Source: the human T2T-CHM13v2.0 reference genome, Homo sapiens
Strand: one strand, 5' to 3'
Assembly (NCBI RefSeq): GCF_009914755.1
Contig: NC_060941.1
Length of the DNA: 64,000 nucleotides
In this document: one piece after another, positions 28,069-41,541 of the stretch
How the letters are laid out: each line of letters opens with the position of its first letter
Numbering within the stretch: position 1 is the first letter of the stretch
Made by a program: the position numbers and the translations under genes
The notes under the pieces: generated by a model
What the model was told of the DNA's origin: nothing
The model's input: only the letters and a program-made list of their open reading frames with translations
Database searches by the model: none

Positions 28069-28268
28069 TCAGCTGAATTTTAAGTCCATTGTTATTCAAG
28101 TTTTTCTAACTTAATTTTATGAGCTTATTAATTAGTTCAATATGAAAGTCTGCTGCAGACAATCTAGAGCATTTCTATACCCCACTTTATTTTATGAATA
28201 CAGATGCATTGCTTCCAAATGAGATATTCGAAAATAAAATTCAGTCCTGTATCAAAAATAGAATACAC

Positions 28269-29495
28269 TGTATTCATGTTTGTTGTGTGACAAATTGCCC
28301 TAAACCTTAGTGGGTTAAACAGTAGATGGTTATCTCCTGGTATCTGTGGGTCAGGAATCGTGGCATGAGCTCTGCAGTGTAGGGTCTCCCTCAAGGCTGT
28401 CAGGAATCAGCTGAGACTGCAGTCATCTCAAGGCTCAACTGGGGCAGAAGTTGCTTACGAGCTCGCTCAGTGGCTTGGCAGGGGTTGTTGGGGTTCCCCA
28501 AGGCTGTTCTCCTGAGGGCCGCGGGTCCCGACTGGCTGTTTGCTGGAGGCTTCTCCTGAGGGCCGCGGGTCCTCACTGGCTGTTCTCCTGAGGGCCGCGG
28601 GTCCTGGCTGGCTGTTCTCCTGAGGGCCGCGGGTCCTGGCTGGCTGTTCTCCTGAGGGCCGCGGGTCCTGGCTGGCTGTTCTCCTGAGGGCCGCGGGTCC
28701 TGGCTGGCTGTTCTCCTGAGGGCCGCGGGTCCTGGCTGGCTGTTCTCCTGAGGGCCGCGGGTCCTGGCTGGCTGCCTGAGGGCCGTGGGTCCTGGCTGGC
28801 TGTTTGCTGGAGGCTTCGCCTGAGGGCCGCGGGTCCTGGCTGGCTGTTCGCCTGAGGGCCGCGGGTCCTGACTGGCTGTTTGCTGGAGGCTTCTCCTGAG
28901 GGCCGCGGGTCCTCACTGGCTGTTCTCCTGAGGGCCACGGGTCCTGGCTGGCTGTTCTCCTGAGGGCCGTGGGTCCTGGCTGGCTGTTTGCTGGAGGCTT
29001 CTCCTGAGGGCCGCGGGTCCTCACTGGCTGTTCTCCTGAGGGCCACGGGTCCTGGCTGGCTGTTCTCCTGAGGGCCGCGGGTCCTGGCTGGCTGTTCTCC
29101 TGAGGGCCGCGGGTCCTGGCTGGCTGTTCTCCTGAGGGCCGTGGGTCCTGGCTGGCTGTTTGCTGGAGGCTTCGCCTGAGGGCCGCGGGCCCTCGCTGGC
29201 TGTTTGCTGGAGGCTCTCCTGAGGGTGGCTCACAGCACAGCAGCAGGCTTCATCAACATGAAAGGGCGGAAGAGGCTGAGACTGAGAGTGTGTACCTGTA
29301 AGCAGGAGAGAGTCTAGGATGGAAGTCTCAGTCTTTTATAACCTAATCTCAGAAGTGACATTCATCACTTTTGTTATAATCTATTTGTTAGAAGCAAGTC
29401 ACTAGGCTCAGCCCACGCACAAGGGGAGAGAACAAAAGGGAGTGAATACCAGGAGGTGGGATCATTAGGAGCCACTTCAGAAGCTGCCGATCACG
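28269..29495 (-). mobile_element. MLT1F-like MaLR solo LTR with an internal VNTR expansion
   Basis: acaaattgccctaaaccttagtgggttaaac...gactgcagtcatctcaaggctcaactgggg...[VNTR]...ttttataacctaatctcagaagtgaca...ttagaagcaagtcactagg...gtgaataccaggaggtgggatcatt. Confidence 0.82.
28502..29225 (+). repeat. VNTR with mixed 32-bp and 44-bp units, about 20 units
   Basis: ggctgttctcctgagggccgcgggtcctggct (32 bp) and ggctgtttgctggaggcttctcctgagggccgcgggtcctcact (44 bp). Confidence 0.95.
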
Positions 29496-29499
29496 TGTA

Positions 29500-30010
29500 C
29501 TCTGATCAAGTTAGGTTTATTCTGGGAATGGGTTAGGGTGGTTCAATAATGGATTATCAACAAAAGCGTCACATCAATAATTTGTAAAGACTTAAATCAT
29601 CATATCAATATATGTTGAAAAGACACATAATACAACTTAACAGCCATTCCTAATTAGAAAAAAAAAAAACTCTAAGTAAAATGGGAACAGAACGAGACTA
29701 CTTAAATGTAACAAAAACCAACCAACAAACCCCCTTTCAGTTAAATTTAGGAGCTAGACAGGGATGCCTTAATTACTATTATTTAACATTGTGTTGGAGA
29801 TTATAGAAAATGCAACATAAGAAAACAAAACGAAATGTGTGGTATACAATTGGAAAAGGAAACATAAAACTACCTCTTTTGTGCTGATGACATGAATGTA
29901 TATCTGGAAAACCCAAGAGATACTAATAACAAACTGCTAAAATTAATGAAGAATTTGGTTAGGTGGCTGGATACAAAATAGCTGTATAAAAACCAATAGC
30001 TTAAAAACAA
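29500..30010 (+). mobile_element. Old L1M ORF2 reverse-transcriptase relic
   Basis: tgtgctgatgacatgaatgtatatctggaaaaccca reads CADDMNVYLENP (L1 FADDMIVYLENP motif); many frameshifts and stops. Confidence 0.78.
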
Positions 30011-30039
30011 AACAGTCCAACAAACAAAGAAATAGCTTT

Positions 30040-31472
30040 CTTTCAACAAAGATGCCAAGAACACCCAATGGGGAAAGGCAGTCTGTTCAATAAATGGTGT
30101 TGAGAAAACTGTATCCATGTATAGAAGAATGAGAGTGAACCCGTATCTCACATCTTTACCAGAATCAACACAAAATGGATTAAAGATGTAACTGGAAGAC
30201 CTGAAACTATCAAACTACTAGAAGAAAATATAGGGAAAAGGCTCCATGACATTATAAGGGCAGTGATTTATTGGATATGACCCCAAAGGCTCAGGCAATG
30301 AAAGCAAAAACAGACAAATGGAATTACATGAAACTAAAAAGCATCTTCACCACAAAGAAAACAATTAATAGAGTGAAGCTGCAACCCACAGACTGAGAAA
30401 AAATATTTGCAAATTGTATATTGCATAAGGGGCTACTTTTCAAAATATATAAAGAACTCAAATTACTTAATAACAAAAATAAAAACCCTATTAAAAGCAA
30501 GGGACTTCAATAGACATTTCTCAAAAGAAGACATACAAATGGCCAACAGATACATGAAAAAATGCTCAACATTTCTAATCATTAGAGAAATGCAAGTTAA
30601 AACCACAGTGAGATATCTCCTCATACCTGTTAGATTGGCTATGATAAACAAGATAAAAGATAAGTGTTGGCTAAGATGTGAAGAAAAGGGAACCCTGGTA
30701 CACTGTTGGTGGTATTGTAAATTAGTATAGCCATTTTGGAAAACAGTATGGAGGTTAGTAAAAAAAACTAAAACTAGACTTATTTGATTCAGCAACTCTG
30801 CTACTAGGTATACACCCAAAGGAATTGAAATCATTTGTGGAAGAGGCATCTGCGTTCCCATGTTCATTGCCATGTTATTCACAATAGCCAAGATATGGAA
30901 ACAACCGAAGTGTCCATCAACAGGTGAACGGATTTTTAAAATGTGGTATACATACACAATGGAATACTATTTAGCCTTAAAAAACAGGAAATTCTGTCAC
31001 TTGTAATAACATGAATACATCTGGAGGACATTAAGTTAAGTGAAATAAGCCAGGTATGGAGAGAGAAAATACTGTATGATCTTACTTATATGTGGAATTT
31101 TTAAAAAGTCAAACTCATAGAAGTAGAGAGTAGACTGGTGGTTACCAGAGGCTGGGTGGGGCTGGGTATGAGGAGAATGTGGATGAGGAAGGGGAGATAC
31201 TTGTCAATGGTGCAAAGTTGCAGTTAGCAGGAGTGTGTTCTGGTGTTCTGTTGTACGGCATGGTGGCCAGAGTTGACAATCATGTATTATACATTTGCAA
31301 ATAGTAAAAGGGAGGATTTTAAATGTTCTCAACACAAAGAAATGATAAATATTTGAGGTGATGACTATACTATTTAGTGTGATTTGATCATTCCACAATG
31401 TATACATGTACCAAAACATTACATTGACCCCATAAATATACACTATTATTATTTGTCAATTAAAAAATAAAA
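30040..31472 (+). mobile_element. L1MA-type 5'-truncated element (ORF2 C-terminus plus 3'UTR)
   Basis: ORF 30407-30730 has [33 protein letters not shown]...GTLVHCWW (L1 ORF2p C-terminal domain); ends tatttgtcaattaaaaaataaaa. Confidence 0.92.
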
Positions 31473-31710
31473 TCACACCTAGCTTCATCATAGTCAAACT
31501 GCCGAAAACAAAATGTAAAGAGAAAATTTTGAAAGCAGCCAGGGGACAATGATAGAACAACCACTAACTTCTCCTCAGAGACAATGGCGGCCAGAAAACA
31601 GTGGAATGCTATGTTTAAAGTGCTGGGAGAACAAAACAAAAAACTGTCAACCCGGTGTTCTGTATCAGGAGAAAATATTATTCAAGAATGAAAACAAAAT
31701 AAAAACTGCA
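31473..31710 (+). mobile_element. L1 ORF1 fragment
   Basis: acacctagcttcatcatagtcaaactg...aaagagaaaattttgaaagcagccagg reads TP..IIVKL..KEKILKAAR; then ttctcctcagagacaatgg...actgtcaacccggtgttctgtatc. Confidence 0.75.
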
Positions 31711-31891
31711 AGCAATATAAATCCTACCAATGGGAGAATGGTTGAAAAATAATAGTACATCCACGACATAGATATGTACTATTAAGCTCCCATTAAAAAG
31801 CATGAGTTAGGACTATGTCAGTTGACACAGAAGGGGTAAAAAATAGTTTTACAAAAATAGGATGACAAAATCTAATATATTTGTCTATCTT

Positions 31892-31910
31892 TGTGTGTGT
31901 GTGTGTGTGT
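31892..31910 (+). repeat. (TG)n microsatellite
   Basis: tgtgtgtgtgtgtgtgtgt. Confidence 0.85.
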
Positions 31911-34900
31911 TTATATTTGAGTGGCACGCCAAGGGGGAAGGTGGGTCAGTCTCTCCCAGGTGTTGACCATAATTGGATAAATTGTAAAGTGTTTAAAAAC
32001 GATAGTAAAAATGGCTAGAAGTTGGCCTGCTTTTTGTCATCAGCATACATTCTAAACATGTCAGTGATATGATACTGTCCCCTACAGTGATGGAAGGCCT
32101 CTCTGTTCGCTCTCTAGGCAAGCCACTATGTATTTGTACGTGGTTTATATAAACATGAAGACGAGCATGGAAGGGCATACAATTGGTTGTTAGCCCAGGT
32201 GACCTGGAAGGGGTTGGGGTTGGCATGGTGGAGGGAAAGTTGGATCGGGAAGCAAAAATGGAAGAGGAAGCAAAATGGACGTCACTAAAATCCTGAACAG
32301 TATCATGATATAATGATGTATACACAGTTCCCGAAGCTTACATACATGTGCATATAAAGGGAAATTTTAAAAAGAAAATTAAAAGAAAAAGCCCCAGATT
32401 CCCTTCTCAGAAAACCACAATTTCCCATTGAATTCTGATGGGTTAGATACCCCTAAAGGTCACGTGTGGCTCCACCCCGGAGTTGAGCATATCTGCTGTA
32501 GACCTTGGATTTGTCTGGTCTACAATGTGATGTCTTCTAATCTGAGGAACAGTTTTCCCATCTGCATAAGGGCACCTGCCTCACAGAGCAGCTTTGGGTC
32601 TCGTAAACGGACGGCACATGTGAGTTTACTGCCAGGCAGTCCTCAGTCTGTGCACGTCACAGTCCACTTTGGAACTCCTAAGAATGCTGTCTCCTCCCAC
32701 CCTAGACGTCCTCACACAGAATCTGTGAGGGGCTGGCCTAGGCAGAATTATCTTTTAAAAACTTTGCATATGAGGTGCTTGATAAAAGCTAGTTGGATTT
32801 GAATTTGGCCACAGCTCAGATAATCTGGGGAACTGGGGTGTCTGCTAAGGATATGTGACCATCTGCTGGTGTAAACCTTTCAGATGATGGGGAAGCCGGG
32901 CATCACGGAGAGCTGAGAAGACTCGCTTGTTCACACTTACTCGAAAGCAGGTGCGCCTCCCAATTTCTCTGTGTTTTTAGAAATCTCTCATTCTTTCTTC
33001 AGTCTCCCTTTCCCCACCCTGCCTATTTTCTCTCTTTCTCTCTCCACTTAATCTTTTCTTTTTTCCTTTTCCTTATTCCTCATCTTAACAGGTCCTAAGT
33101 GTGTGTTGTATGTATTTAAAAAGTTTTCGTCTCTGTTTTTAATTAAAAGAAGAAGAGCTTACTCCTGTTTCCAAACCCCTGCACGTGATACTCAAGGAGC
33201 TGGTGATGGTGCTTGCTGGGCTTATGAAGTGCAGCTGTGTCCTCTCTTGCTCTGTAACACCCTCTCTGCCAGAAACAGCTCAGCAGGAAGGCAGCGGGGC
33301 ACCTTGGAAACGTGCCCCTGGGCCCCACCTTACAGCCTCTGCTCCGCTCCCTTCGCGGCAGAGTGGTTCAGGAACAGTCTGCAGCCTCCTGCCAGGAGGC
33401 CAGGAAAAGCCACTCCTGGCCCTGGGCAGCTATGAGGCTCTTGGTGGATCTCAGAACTCTGTGGGGGCCAGAGGGCTGAGTGAGTCAGGCTGTGGAGGGC
33501 AGGCACCATCCACACTCCCAGACACTTTGGGTTATAGTCTCTCTCTTCCTTGATTAGAAGAGGCCTGGGAACTTCAGCTGGCGACTCTGGTGTTTCTGAC
33601 TTTGGCTATCAGCAAACACTGCTGGAGGCTCTGCCCCGTCCACACCCAGCTTCTGTGAGCACGGAGGAGGCATAATCTGCAAAGTCTGACACAGGCCATG
33701 CCTAACCATCCTTGACTGGCTACCTCCAGTGACATAAAACTGAGAAGCAAAGACACCCAGGAGGCAAGGCTGCAGTCATTTAGGAGAGTGGACGGATGCC
33801 AGGGCTGTGCTGCCTGCAGCCTTTGTGGGGCTCAGTGACCAGAGGAGCAGCCCATGCCAAGCCTAGTCCCCAGGGATGCTGCCTGCGGTGCTCACGCATC
33901 TTATACAGGGACACAGAGGAACTCTGGGCTCCACCCTGCAGCCTCTGCTCCAGCACGCGGTGGTCCCAGGAGATGTAGAACCAGCCCTTCCTCTGCAGTT
34001 GCACTGGGTAAGTGATGCTGTGGGCTGTTATCCATCAGAAATACACCGCCCACTGCTCCACCAGTCAAAGTTACGCCTACTCTGGAATTTGCTCTCTTAG
34101 CCATTTGCTTGGTTTAGGAAAAGCCTAAGCTTCTGCCCCCCCGATTCACCACAGAAGCCCTCTATTATCACTCCTGTTACGTGTAAAGGCTGAGTTATTG
34201 CTAACTCTCAACAGGTCCTAGAATCCTTTATGTGCATTCGGGGGACTGGGGGAGGCCCTGGACACTGTGCCAGGTGCTGTGTCTCAAGGTTCACTGGACC
34301 TGACAGGGAGATTGGGAACAAAGGCCCTGAGAGATGTGGGGAGCAGCCTTTGTGTCTGAGCTGTCACTCAGCTCTTTGCTTTATGCCACTGGCGTACCTG
34401 CTGGAGGAACTCCATGTGGAGGAAGGCTGGGCCCTGTGGGGGGCATTCGAGGGGGACACTCTGGCCAGCCTCAGGCTGGGTCCACCTAGGGGGAGGAGGG
34501 GACAAGCCACCTCATGGATGTTGTACACAGTGGCCCAAAAGTGACCTTAAAAATGGATTTAAGGAATAAATCCAAATCCAAATATAAGACATAAGCCATC
34601 TGAAGAAACAGCCTTGGTGATTGTCTTTGAACCTCCAGACTGTGGGGTGACTTGCCTCATACAGGCTGATATGGAAGTGCTTATCTCAGTAACTTCACTG
34701 TGCTCTGTCTGAAGAGAAGATGTTTCGCGGCTGAGTGGCCCGCATTGCATCTTATAAAAGCGGAGCCCAGGGAGACCGAATCTGGCTCGTGTCTCTAGCA
34801 TTGCTTGAGAGTGGGGACATTTTGGCCCCAGACACAGGATTCTGACCTGTGTGGGAGGCACGTCCCTGTGTTGGAGGTGGGTGCCCCCAGCTTCTACATA

Positions 34901-34979
34901 TTAATGATGTCCCTGTTAGGGTTACTTTGCCCATCCCCTTGGCACTGATTCTGTTAATTTTCTGATTGTAACTTAAGGA

Positions 34980-37050
34980 TTGTGGTTTTGGTGTGGCATC
35001 TAAGATTTCTTGTCTAATATAAGGTCACAAAGATTTTTTTTCCTGTATTTTCTTTTAAAAGTTGTGGAGATTTAGCTATTATGTTTCAGTCTGTATTAGT
35101 CCATTTTCACACTGCTGATATAGACATACCTGAGACTGGGTAATTTATAAAGAGAAAGAAGTTTAATGGACTCAGTTCTATTTGGCTGGGGCAGCCTCAC
35201 AATCATGGTGGAAGGCAAAAGGCACGTCTTACATGGCAGCAGACAAGAGAGAGCTCGTTCAGGGAACTCCCATGTATCAGATCTTGTGAGACTTATTCAC
35301 CGTCGTAAGAACAGCATGGGAAAGACTCACCCTCATGATTCAGTCACCTTCCACCAGGTCCCTCCCATGACAGGTTGGAACTATGGGAGCTACAATTTGA
35401 GATTTGGGTGGGGACATGCCCAAACCACATCAAGGTCTATGATACCTTTTGAGTTATTTTGTGTGTATGGTGTGAGGAAAGGTTCTATATCCACCTTTCT
35501 TGCATCTGGACATCCAGTTTTCCCAGCATTATTTGTTAAAAGACTATCATTTTCCCCATTGAACTGCCTTGGTACCTTTGTTGAAAATCAGTTTACTGTA
35601 AATGTAAGGATTTATTTCTGGGCTCTCAGTTCTGTTCCATTAATCTATAAGTCCATTCTTAATACCGTTTCCACACTGTCTTGATTACTGTGGCTTTGTA
35701 GTAAGGGTTGAAATTAGGAAATGTAAGTCTTACAACTTTGTTTTTCTATTCCAAATTGTTTTGGTATTCTGGATCCTTTGCAGTTTCATATAAATTTTAG
35801 GACTGTCTTGTTATTTTCTGCAAAAAGAGCCTGCTGGGATTTCAGCATGGATCATATTGAGTTTGCAGACTGATGTGGGGAGAATAGCTATTTAACAACA
35901 TTGAATCCATGGACATTGGCTGTCTCTCCATTTATTCAGATCTTCTTTAAAGTCTCTCAGCAAGTTTTGTACTTGCTTTGTTAAATTTAACTTACCTTTT
36001 TTCACATTTTGATGCTACTATGAATAGAATTATTTTCTTAATTTTCCTACTCATGGCTATTATAGAGCTACAATTGATGGCATGTAGAAATATAGTTGAT
36101 TTTTGAAATTGTGTATCCTGTCATCTGGCTAAACTTGTTTCTTAGTTTCAGTTGTACTTTTGGTGGATTTCTTAGAATTTTGTGCAAAAAGATAACTGCA
36201 AAGAGCTTTACTTCTCTTTTTAGCAATACAGATGCCTTCATTTTATTGGTTACCTTGCTGCATTGGCTAGAACCTCAAGTACAATGTTGAATAGAGGTGA
36301 TGAGGGTGGGCATACTGTCCTCATTCTTGATCTTAGAGGAAAACATTTTAATCAATCTTTCACCATTAGGTATTATGTTAGCTATAGGTTTTACCCAGAT
36401 GCCCTTTGTCAAATTGAGGAATTTTCTTTTCCATTTGTAGTTTGTGGAGATATTTTATTATGAAAGAGTGTTGGATATTTTCAAATGCTTTTTCTGAGTC
36501 TATTGAGATAATCATGTGGTTTTTGTTCTTTATTCTGTGGTTACTGTATTCCATTAGTTAAGTATTGGATGTTAAACCAATGTTTGGATATAAATCCTCC
36601 TTTGTTAATATTTTGTTAAGGATTTTTGTATCTATATTCATGACAGATATGGGGCTGTGCTTTGCTTTTCTTGTGATGTCTTTGGCTAGGATGTAAGGAC
36701 AATACTGATCTCATCAGGTGAATTGACAGGTATTTCTTTCCTCCTCTGTTTTCTTGAACAGTTTGTAAAGGATTGGTATTATTTCTTTTGTTAATATTTG
36801 CTAGAATTCACCAATGAAGCCATCTGGCTTTTCCTTATAGGATGATTTTAATTATTCAATGTCTTTACTATTTATAAGTCTATTCACATACTCTGTCTTC
36901 TTGAGTCAGATTTGGTAATTTGTGTATTTCTTCGAATTTGTCCATCTCATGTAAGATGTCTAATTTACTGGCATAAAGTTGTTAATATTATTGTTTTATA
37001 ACCCTTTTAACATGTGCAGGATCCATAGTGATTCTCCCTTCTTGGTTTTA
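34980..37050 (-). mobile_element. Old L1M ORF2 fragment with a nested THE1 LTR
   Basis: aaggtcacaaagatttt...catccagttttcccagcattatttgttaaaagac...cttgattactgtggctttgtagtaagg...tagaattcaccaatgaagccatctgg. Confidence 0.85.
35092..35432 (-). mobile_element. THE1 (THE1B-like) solo LTR
   Basis: tgtattagtccattttcacactgctgatatagacatacctgagactgggtaatttataaag...gatttgggtggggacatgcccaaaccacatca. Confidence 0.9.
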
Positions 37051-38261
37051 GTCTCTCCTGGTTTTAGTCACTTGTGCCCCATCTTTTTACCCCACTGTAA
37101 AAGGACGGGAGGGGTAAACAGATTTTTATTTCACATCCCAGCCCTCGCCCTGGGCCCTGTTGTTTGACCCCCAGCATCCCCTGTGGTTGCTCATCTGACT
37201 CAGGCTTCCCAGTCACACGTGATGACATGGTGACCCCCGCAGCACAGTGGCTAGCACTAGAAAGGGGCTCAGTAAATGTTAGCTTCTTGTCTGTGTTCGC
37301 CTTCCTTGACTCTGGGTCTACCAGGAGTTTGGCAAACTCCCCCCGTGGTCTGGACAGGAAAGCCCCAAGCATCTCTCTGGACTGGGGTGTGGTCGTGTCA
37401 CAGAGGCATCCTCCCCACCACATACAGACAAATGCTCAGCAGTGCTGACGTCCAGATGCTTCAACACAGGGCTGCCCTCCACCCTGCTTCCTGCACAGAA
37501 TGAGGATTGGAGGGGGCTGCGGCTGGAGTGTGGGTGACGGGATGGTCACTGTTGGGGGCACGAGCCGGGAGTTGGTGCCAGGTGAGGGTGCAGGAGGGGC
37601 CTGGGTCAGGAGCCCGGGTACGGGCCAGGGCCAGTTGCCACTCAGGTGTTCTGTGCCTTTGTCCTGTGCTGGCCCTGAGGCACGCTGGACGTGGGGCCCA
37701 GTGCACCCTTGCTGACTCCAGCTCCTAGCATGGGAGTAAGAGGGCCAGTCAGACCTGGGAAAGGGCCACCGACTGGTCCTCATAGCTTTGCTTTTCCACT
37801 TTCCTGTCCCTTAAAGAGCCACACAGAAAATGGTATCTGAATCAAGTACAATCTCATTACAGATGCGTCTGGCCTGGAAACACACCCGCCAACTGTGCTG
37901 ATTGGCTGGAACCATGCAGGCTTTGGCTTTTGTGCTCCTTGTTAACATTTTTGTTCCTATCTACACTAATTAGTCATAAACAGAGGGACAAAAACTCCCC
38001 AAATATGGGAGATGCTAATGGCCTGTTAGGAGGCCTCGCCTGCAGAGCTCATCTCATTCCTTTTGCAAGAGCAGAAGTTGTGCTTTAGTTTAGAAACAAG
38101 GAATGTGGATCTTGTCTGGGCATTGAGTTTTCGGGTACTCCAAGCTTTCAGAGCTGCCGCAGAAGATTTTCGGGGGTCTTGCTGGCTCTGTGACAAGCCG
38201 CCGGAGTCTTGCTCAGTGCTGAAGGCACACCCCAACATGGCCATCACCGGCAGGCCTGTCC

Positions 38262-38545
38262 AGCCCTGTCCTCATAGCTTGGTGCTGTCCTTGCCATAGT
38301 GAGTGAGTTCTCATGGATCTGGTTGTGTAGAAGTGTGGCACCTCCCTCCCCCTTGCTCCCACTCCTGACATGTGGGATGCCTGCTCCCCCCTCACCTCCT
38401 GCCATGACTGCAAATTCCTGAGGCCTCCCCAGAAGCAGATGCAGGTGCCATGCTTCCTGTACAGCCTGCAGAACCATGAGCCAGTTAAACCTTTTCTCTT
38501 ATAAATTACACAGCCTCAGGTATGTATGCAAGAGCAGCCTGACGC
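38262..38545 (+). mobile_element. MST-family LTR, 5' truncated
   Basis: cttggtgctgtccttgccatagtgagtgagttctcatggatctgg...cctgaggcctccccagaagcagatgc...cttcctgtacagcctgcagaaccatgagccagttaaacc. Confidence 0.85.
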
Positions 38546-39595
38546 AGCCAGCCAGTGCATCCTCCACCAGGGCCACCTCCACTCCTCACCGCAGCTGCTC
38601 CTCATGGTATCTCCAGCATGAGTCAGGGCTCCCCACAGGCCCATGTGCGATGATGGAGCTGTGAGGAGCCTCGTGGTTTTCCAGGCTCACTCTCCACGGG
38701 CCTCCTGGTCTCATGTCCTGCTCAGTCCTCCCTCCCCTGGTGGAGCAGCGTCTCATGCTGGGACTTTCTGGCTCCATTTCAGGGTCTCTCCTTCCCTGCT
38801 GGTGGCCCAGCTCCAGAGACTCAGAGGAACTCAGATGGGGTGCACGGGCGTCCTCTCAGGCCTGTGCCCAGGGAAGTCTAGGTGTGAGCCGAACAGAGCC
38901 CCTGGGACCAAATGGCCCGCGACCGCCCCCTTCAAGGACCGTGGTGGAACCCGCTTGGTGTAGCTCTGTGCCCCTCAACAGACTGCCACGAAATCCTAAG
39001 ACCTTGAGAGCTTGGGTTCTGCCTCGTTTCTCCTGGAGCTGCCTTACAGAACCATTCCCTTTGTTCTGGAATCTACTTTACTCCCTTCCTTCTCTCCTGT
39101 GAACTCCATTGCTGTGGTTTAGGACAATCCCTCCTGTAGACATCAAGGAGGATGATAAGAGTATGACACATTGTCCTCAGACAGAGTGGGTGCAGCCCAG
39201 CTCCCAACCCCAGGCTCCCAGGAGCAGGGGCCCCCTTCAACCTGAAGGCAACAGAAGGGAGTGTTTCTCTCAGAACAGGGAAGGTGGGGATGGCTGTGGC
39301 TGCACAGGGACCTGGTGCCATGGAGGTTCAGAAGATGACTTTGAAGACAGTCACTGCAGCCCTCACCTTGTGGCCTGGGAGACCATGTCTGGGATAGGCC
39401 ACGGTCCGCAGGGATGGCCTCATCCACACAGCAGCATCCGTGCAAGTCTAGGCCCTTTCCACACTGCATTGCTTCTCTCGTATTCATTTTTCTATAAATA
39501 ATATGTAATCATGTTAAGAAAATGAAAACAGCATGAAGTGCATGAAATGTGCAGTGCAAGCTCGTATTCCCTCCCGCCATCCTCAGTCTGGCTTT

Positions 39596-39912
39596 CTTTT
39601 TCCGTTTTTCTTTTTGTTTTGTTTTGTTTTTTAAACAGGATCGCAGCCTGCCACCCAGGTTGGAGTGCAGTGGTGCAATCAGCTCACTGTAGCCTCGACC
39701 TCCTGGGCTCAAGTGATCCTCCCATCTCAGCTTCCCGGGTAGGTAGGACTACAGGTGCACTCCCTCATGTCTGGTTAAATTTGTTTATGTTTTATTTTTA
39801 CTTTTTGCAGAGACAAGGTCTTGCTGTGTTGCTCGGGCTGTGCCTGAAGCGATCCTCCTGCCTCCGCCTCCCAAAGGGCTGGGATTACAGGCGTGAGCCC
39901 CCACACCCAGCT
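39596..39912 (-). mobile_element. AluJ
   Basis: ggagtgcagtggtgcaatcagctcactgtagcctcgacctcctgggctcaagtgatcctccc. Confidence 0.88.
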
Positions 39913-41137
39913 GGACGTCAACCCAGCTTTTTGCACCCCCATATGCATGTTTCTCTGTTGGAGCTTTTGTTTCTTATGGCAGAATCATCAAGTCTCCTCA
40001 TAATCCCTGCTTTCTGTGGCATGTCTTCCTACCAAACTCCTTCTTTCCCTCCCCGTGGACCTTCGTGTGATGCTCTGTGTTGTTTCTTCAATGAGGCCTG
40101 TTCCTCGGCGCAGCCCCCTTCAAAGCTGTCGGTCTGCCGGCCTCTGCGGTCGAGGCTGAGCCGCTGTTCTCGCCAGGACAGACGTGGTGGGTGTGCAGCT
40201 CTGGGCGTCCGAGCTCCCTTCTGGGCCGGCAGTGAAGGAAGTCGCCACAGCACACTGTTGAACTTCACACACCAAGACAGCAGCCCCGAGGCGCTCACCC
40301 AGCCCACAGGGCGAGGAGGGAAAATACAACGGGAACAATCATGTGCAGTGTTTCTGGAATCTGAAAGCCGTTGGCTTAAGACACAGGCTTCCGTGTGCAA
40401 AAGTTGAGCTGTGTATTTTCATGAGACCAAAGACACATCGACGTCGTCAGGCATCGGGGGCTCCCTGCAGCTCAGTGTGAGGTTCACTGACCTGGGCCCG
40501 TTCTGTGATGATTCCTTGTTTACATTCTGACCCGGACCTCCAACATTCCTCAAATTGTTGGGAACCAGGGAGTGAGATCGGCACGAAGTTCAAACCCTCC
40601 CCTGCTGTCTGCACAGCCACCAGCCTTGTTGCTGGAACATGCTGGGGATTTTATGCAGGAACTGCGGGTGGCAGGGAGACAGTGGGCAGAAGGAGCTGGT
40701 GACCTTGGCGAAAACGGAACCTCACCCTCCCATGGGCAGCTGGGGCTCTGGGCCCTGCAGGGTCAAGGGGAGGATGCGTCTGCCGCCTTCCCCCACAGGC
40801 GGCCAAGGACCGTCCGCACACCCTCTACCCCAGAGAAAACTCGGGTGTAGGAAGCAGGCGACTGTGAGGTCAGCTGCGTCTCTCTCTGGCCTGGGTCCCA
40901 GGGCCGGAGCCTCTGTCCTGGTCCTGGGTGTCCCCCCGCTGCCCGCTTTGGGCTGCCCTGGACTCAGGCAGCCCTGCTGGTAAAGTGCCCGAGGAGGTGA
41001 ATGTGCTGCTGGGCCGGAGTTCTGGTCGGGAAATCTCAGTGGGAACAGAGGCTGAGGACGCACAAAGGGTCCCAGCAGCCAGAAAGGACGGGGAGCAAGG
41101 GGAGCCCGGGACGGGCCGTGGGAGAAGACACCTGGAG

Positions 41138-41541
41138 CGAACTCACGGGGTGACAGCTGACGCTGCCTGGGGGCAGGAGAGGGAGATGGTCCAGGGCCCC
41201 AGGCCTCAGGCTCGAACCAGGCAGGAGACCCACGCGTGCAAGACAGGCAGATGGGGCCCGGTAGAGAGGGGTCGCGAACTCACGGGGTGACAGCGGACGC
41301 TGTCTGGGGGCAGGAGAGGGAGATGGTCCAGGGCCTCAGGCTTGAACCAGGCAGGAGACCCACGCGTGCAACGCAGGCCGATGGGGCCCGGTAGAGAGGG
41401 GTCGCGAACTCACGGAGTGACAGCGGACGCTGCCTGGGGGCAGGAGAGGGAGATGGTCCAGGGCCCCAGGCCTCAGGCTCGAACCAGGCAGGAGACCCAC
41501 GCGTGCAAGGCAGGCCGATGGGGCCCGGTAGAGAGGGGTCG
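41138..41541 (+). repeat. Tandem repeat, 3 copies of 137/130/137 bp
   Basis: cgaactcacggggtgacagc...ggcccggtagagaggggtcg starts at 41138, 41275 and 41405. Confidence 0.92.

Noticed and set aside
28467-29233. Repetitive ORFs on the minus strand
   Set aside because: Products of the 32/44-bp VNTR within an LTR.
30407-30730. L1 ORF2-like ORF as an active retrotransposon gene
   Set aside because: Short residual frame in a truncated, stop-ridden L1MA copy.
37899-37908. NF-Y-type CCAAT box (ctgattggct) and scattered AP-1 TGAGTCA sites
   Set aside because: Single short motifs are expected by chance in 64 kb, and there is no supporting promoter context.
39538-40407. 289-aa ORF
   Set aside because: Runs through an antisense AluJ and GC-rich unique DNA; no recognisable domain.
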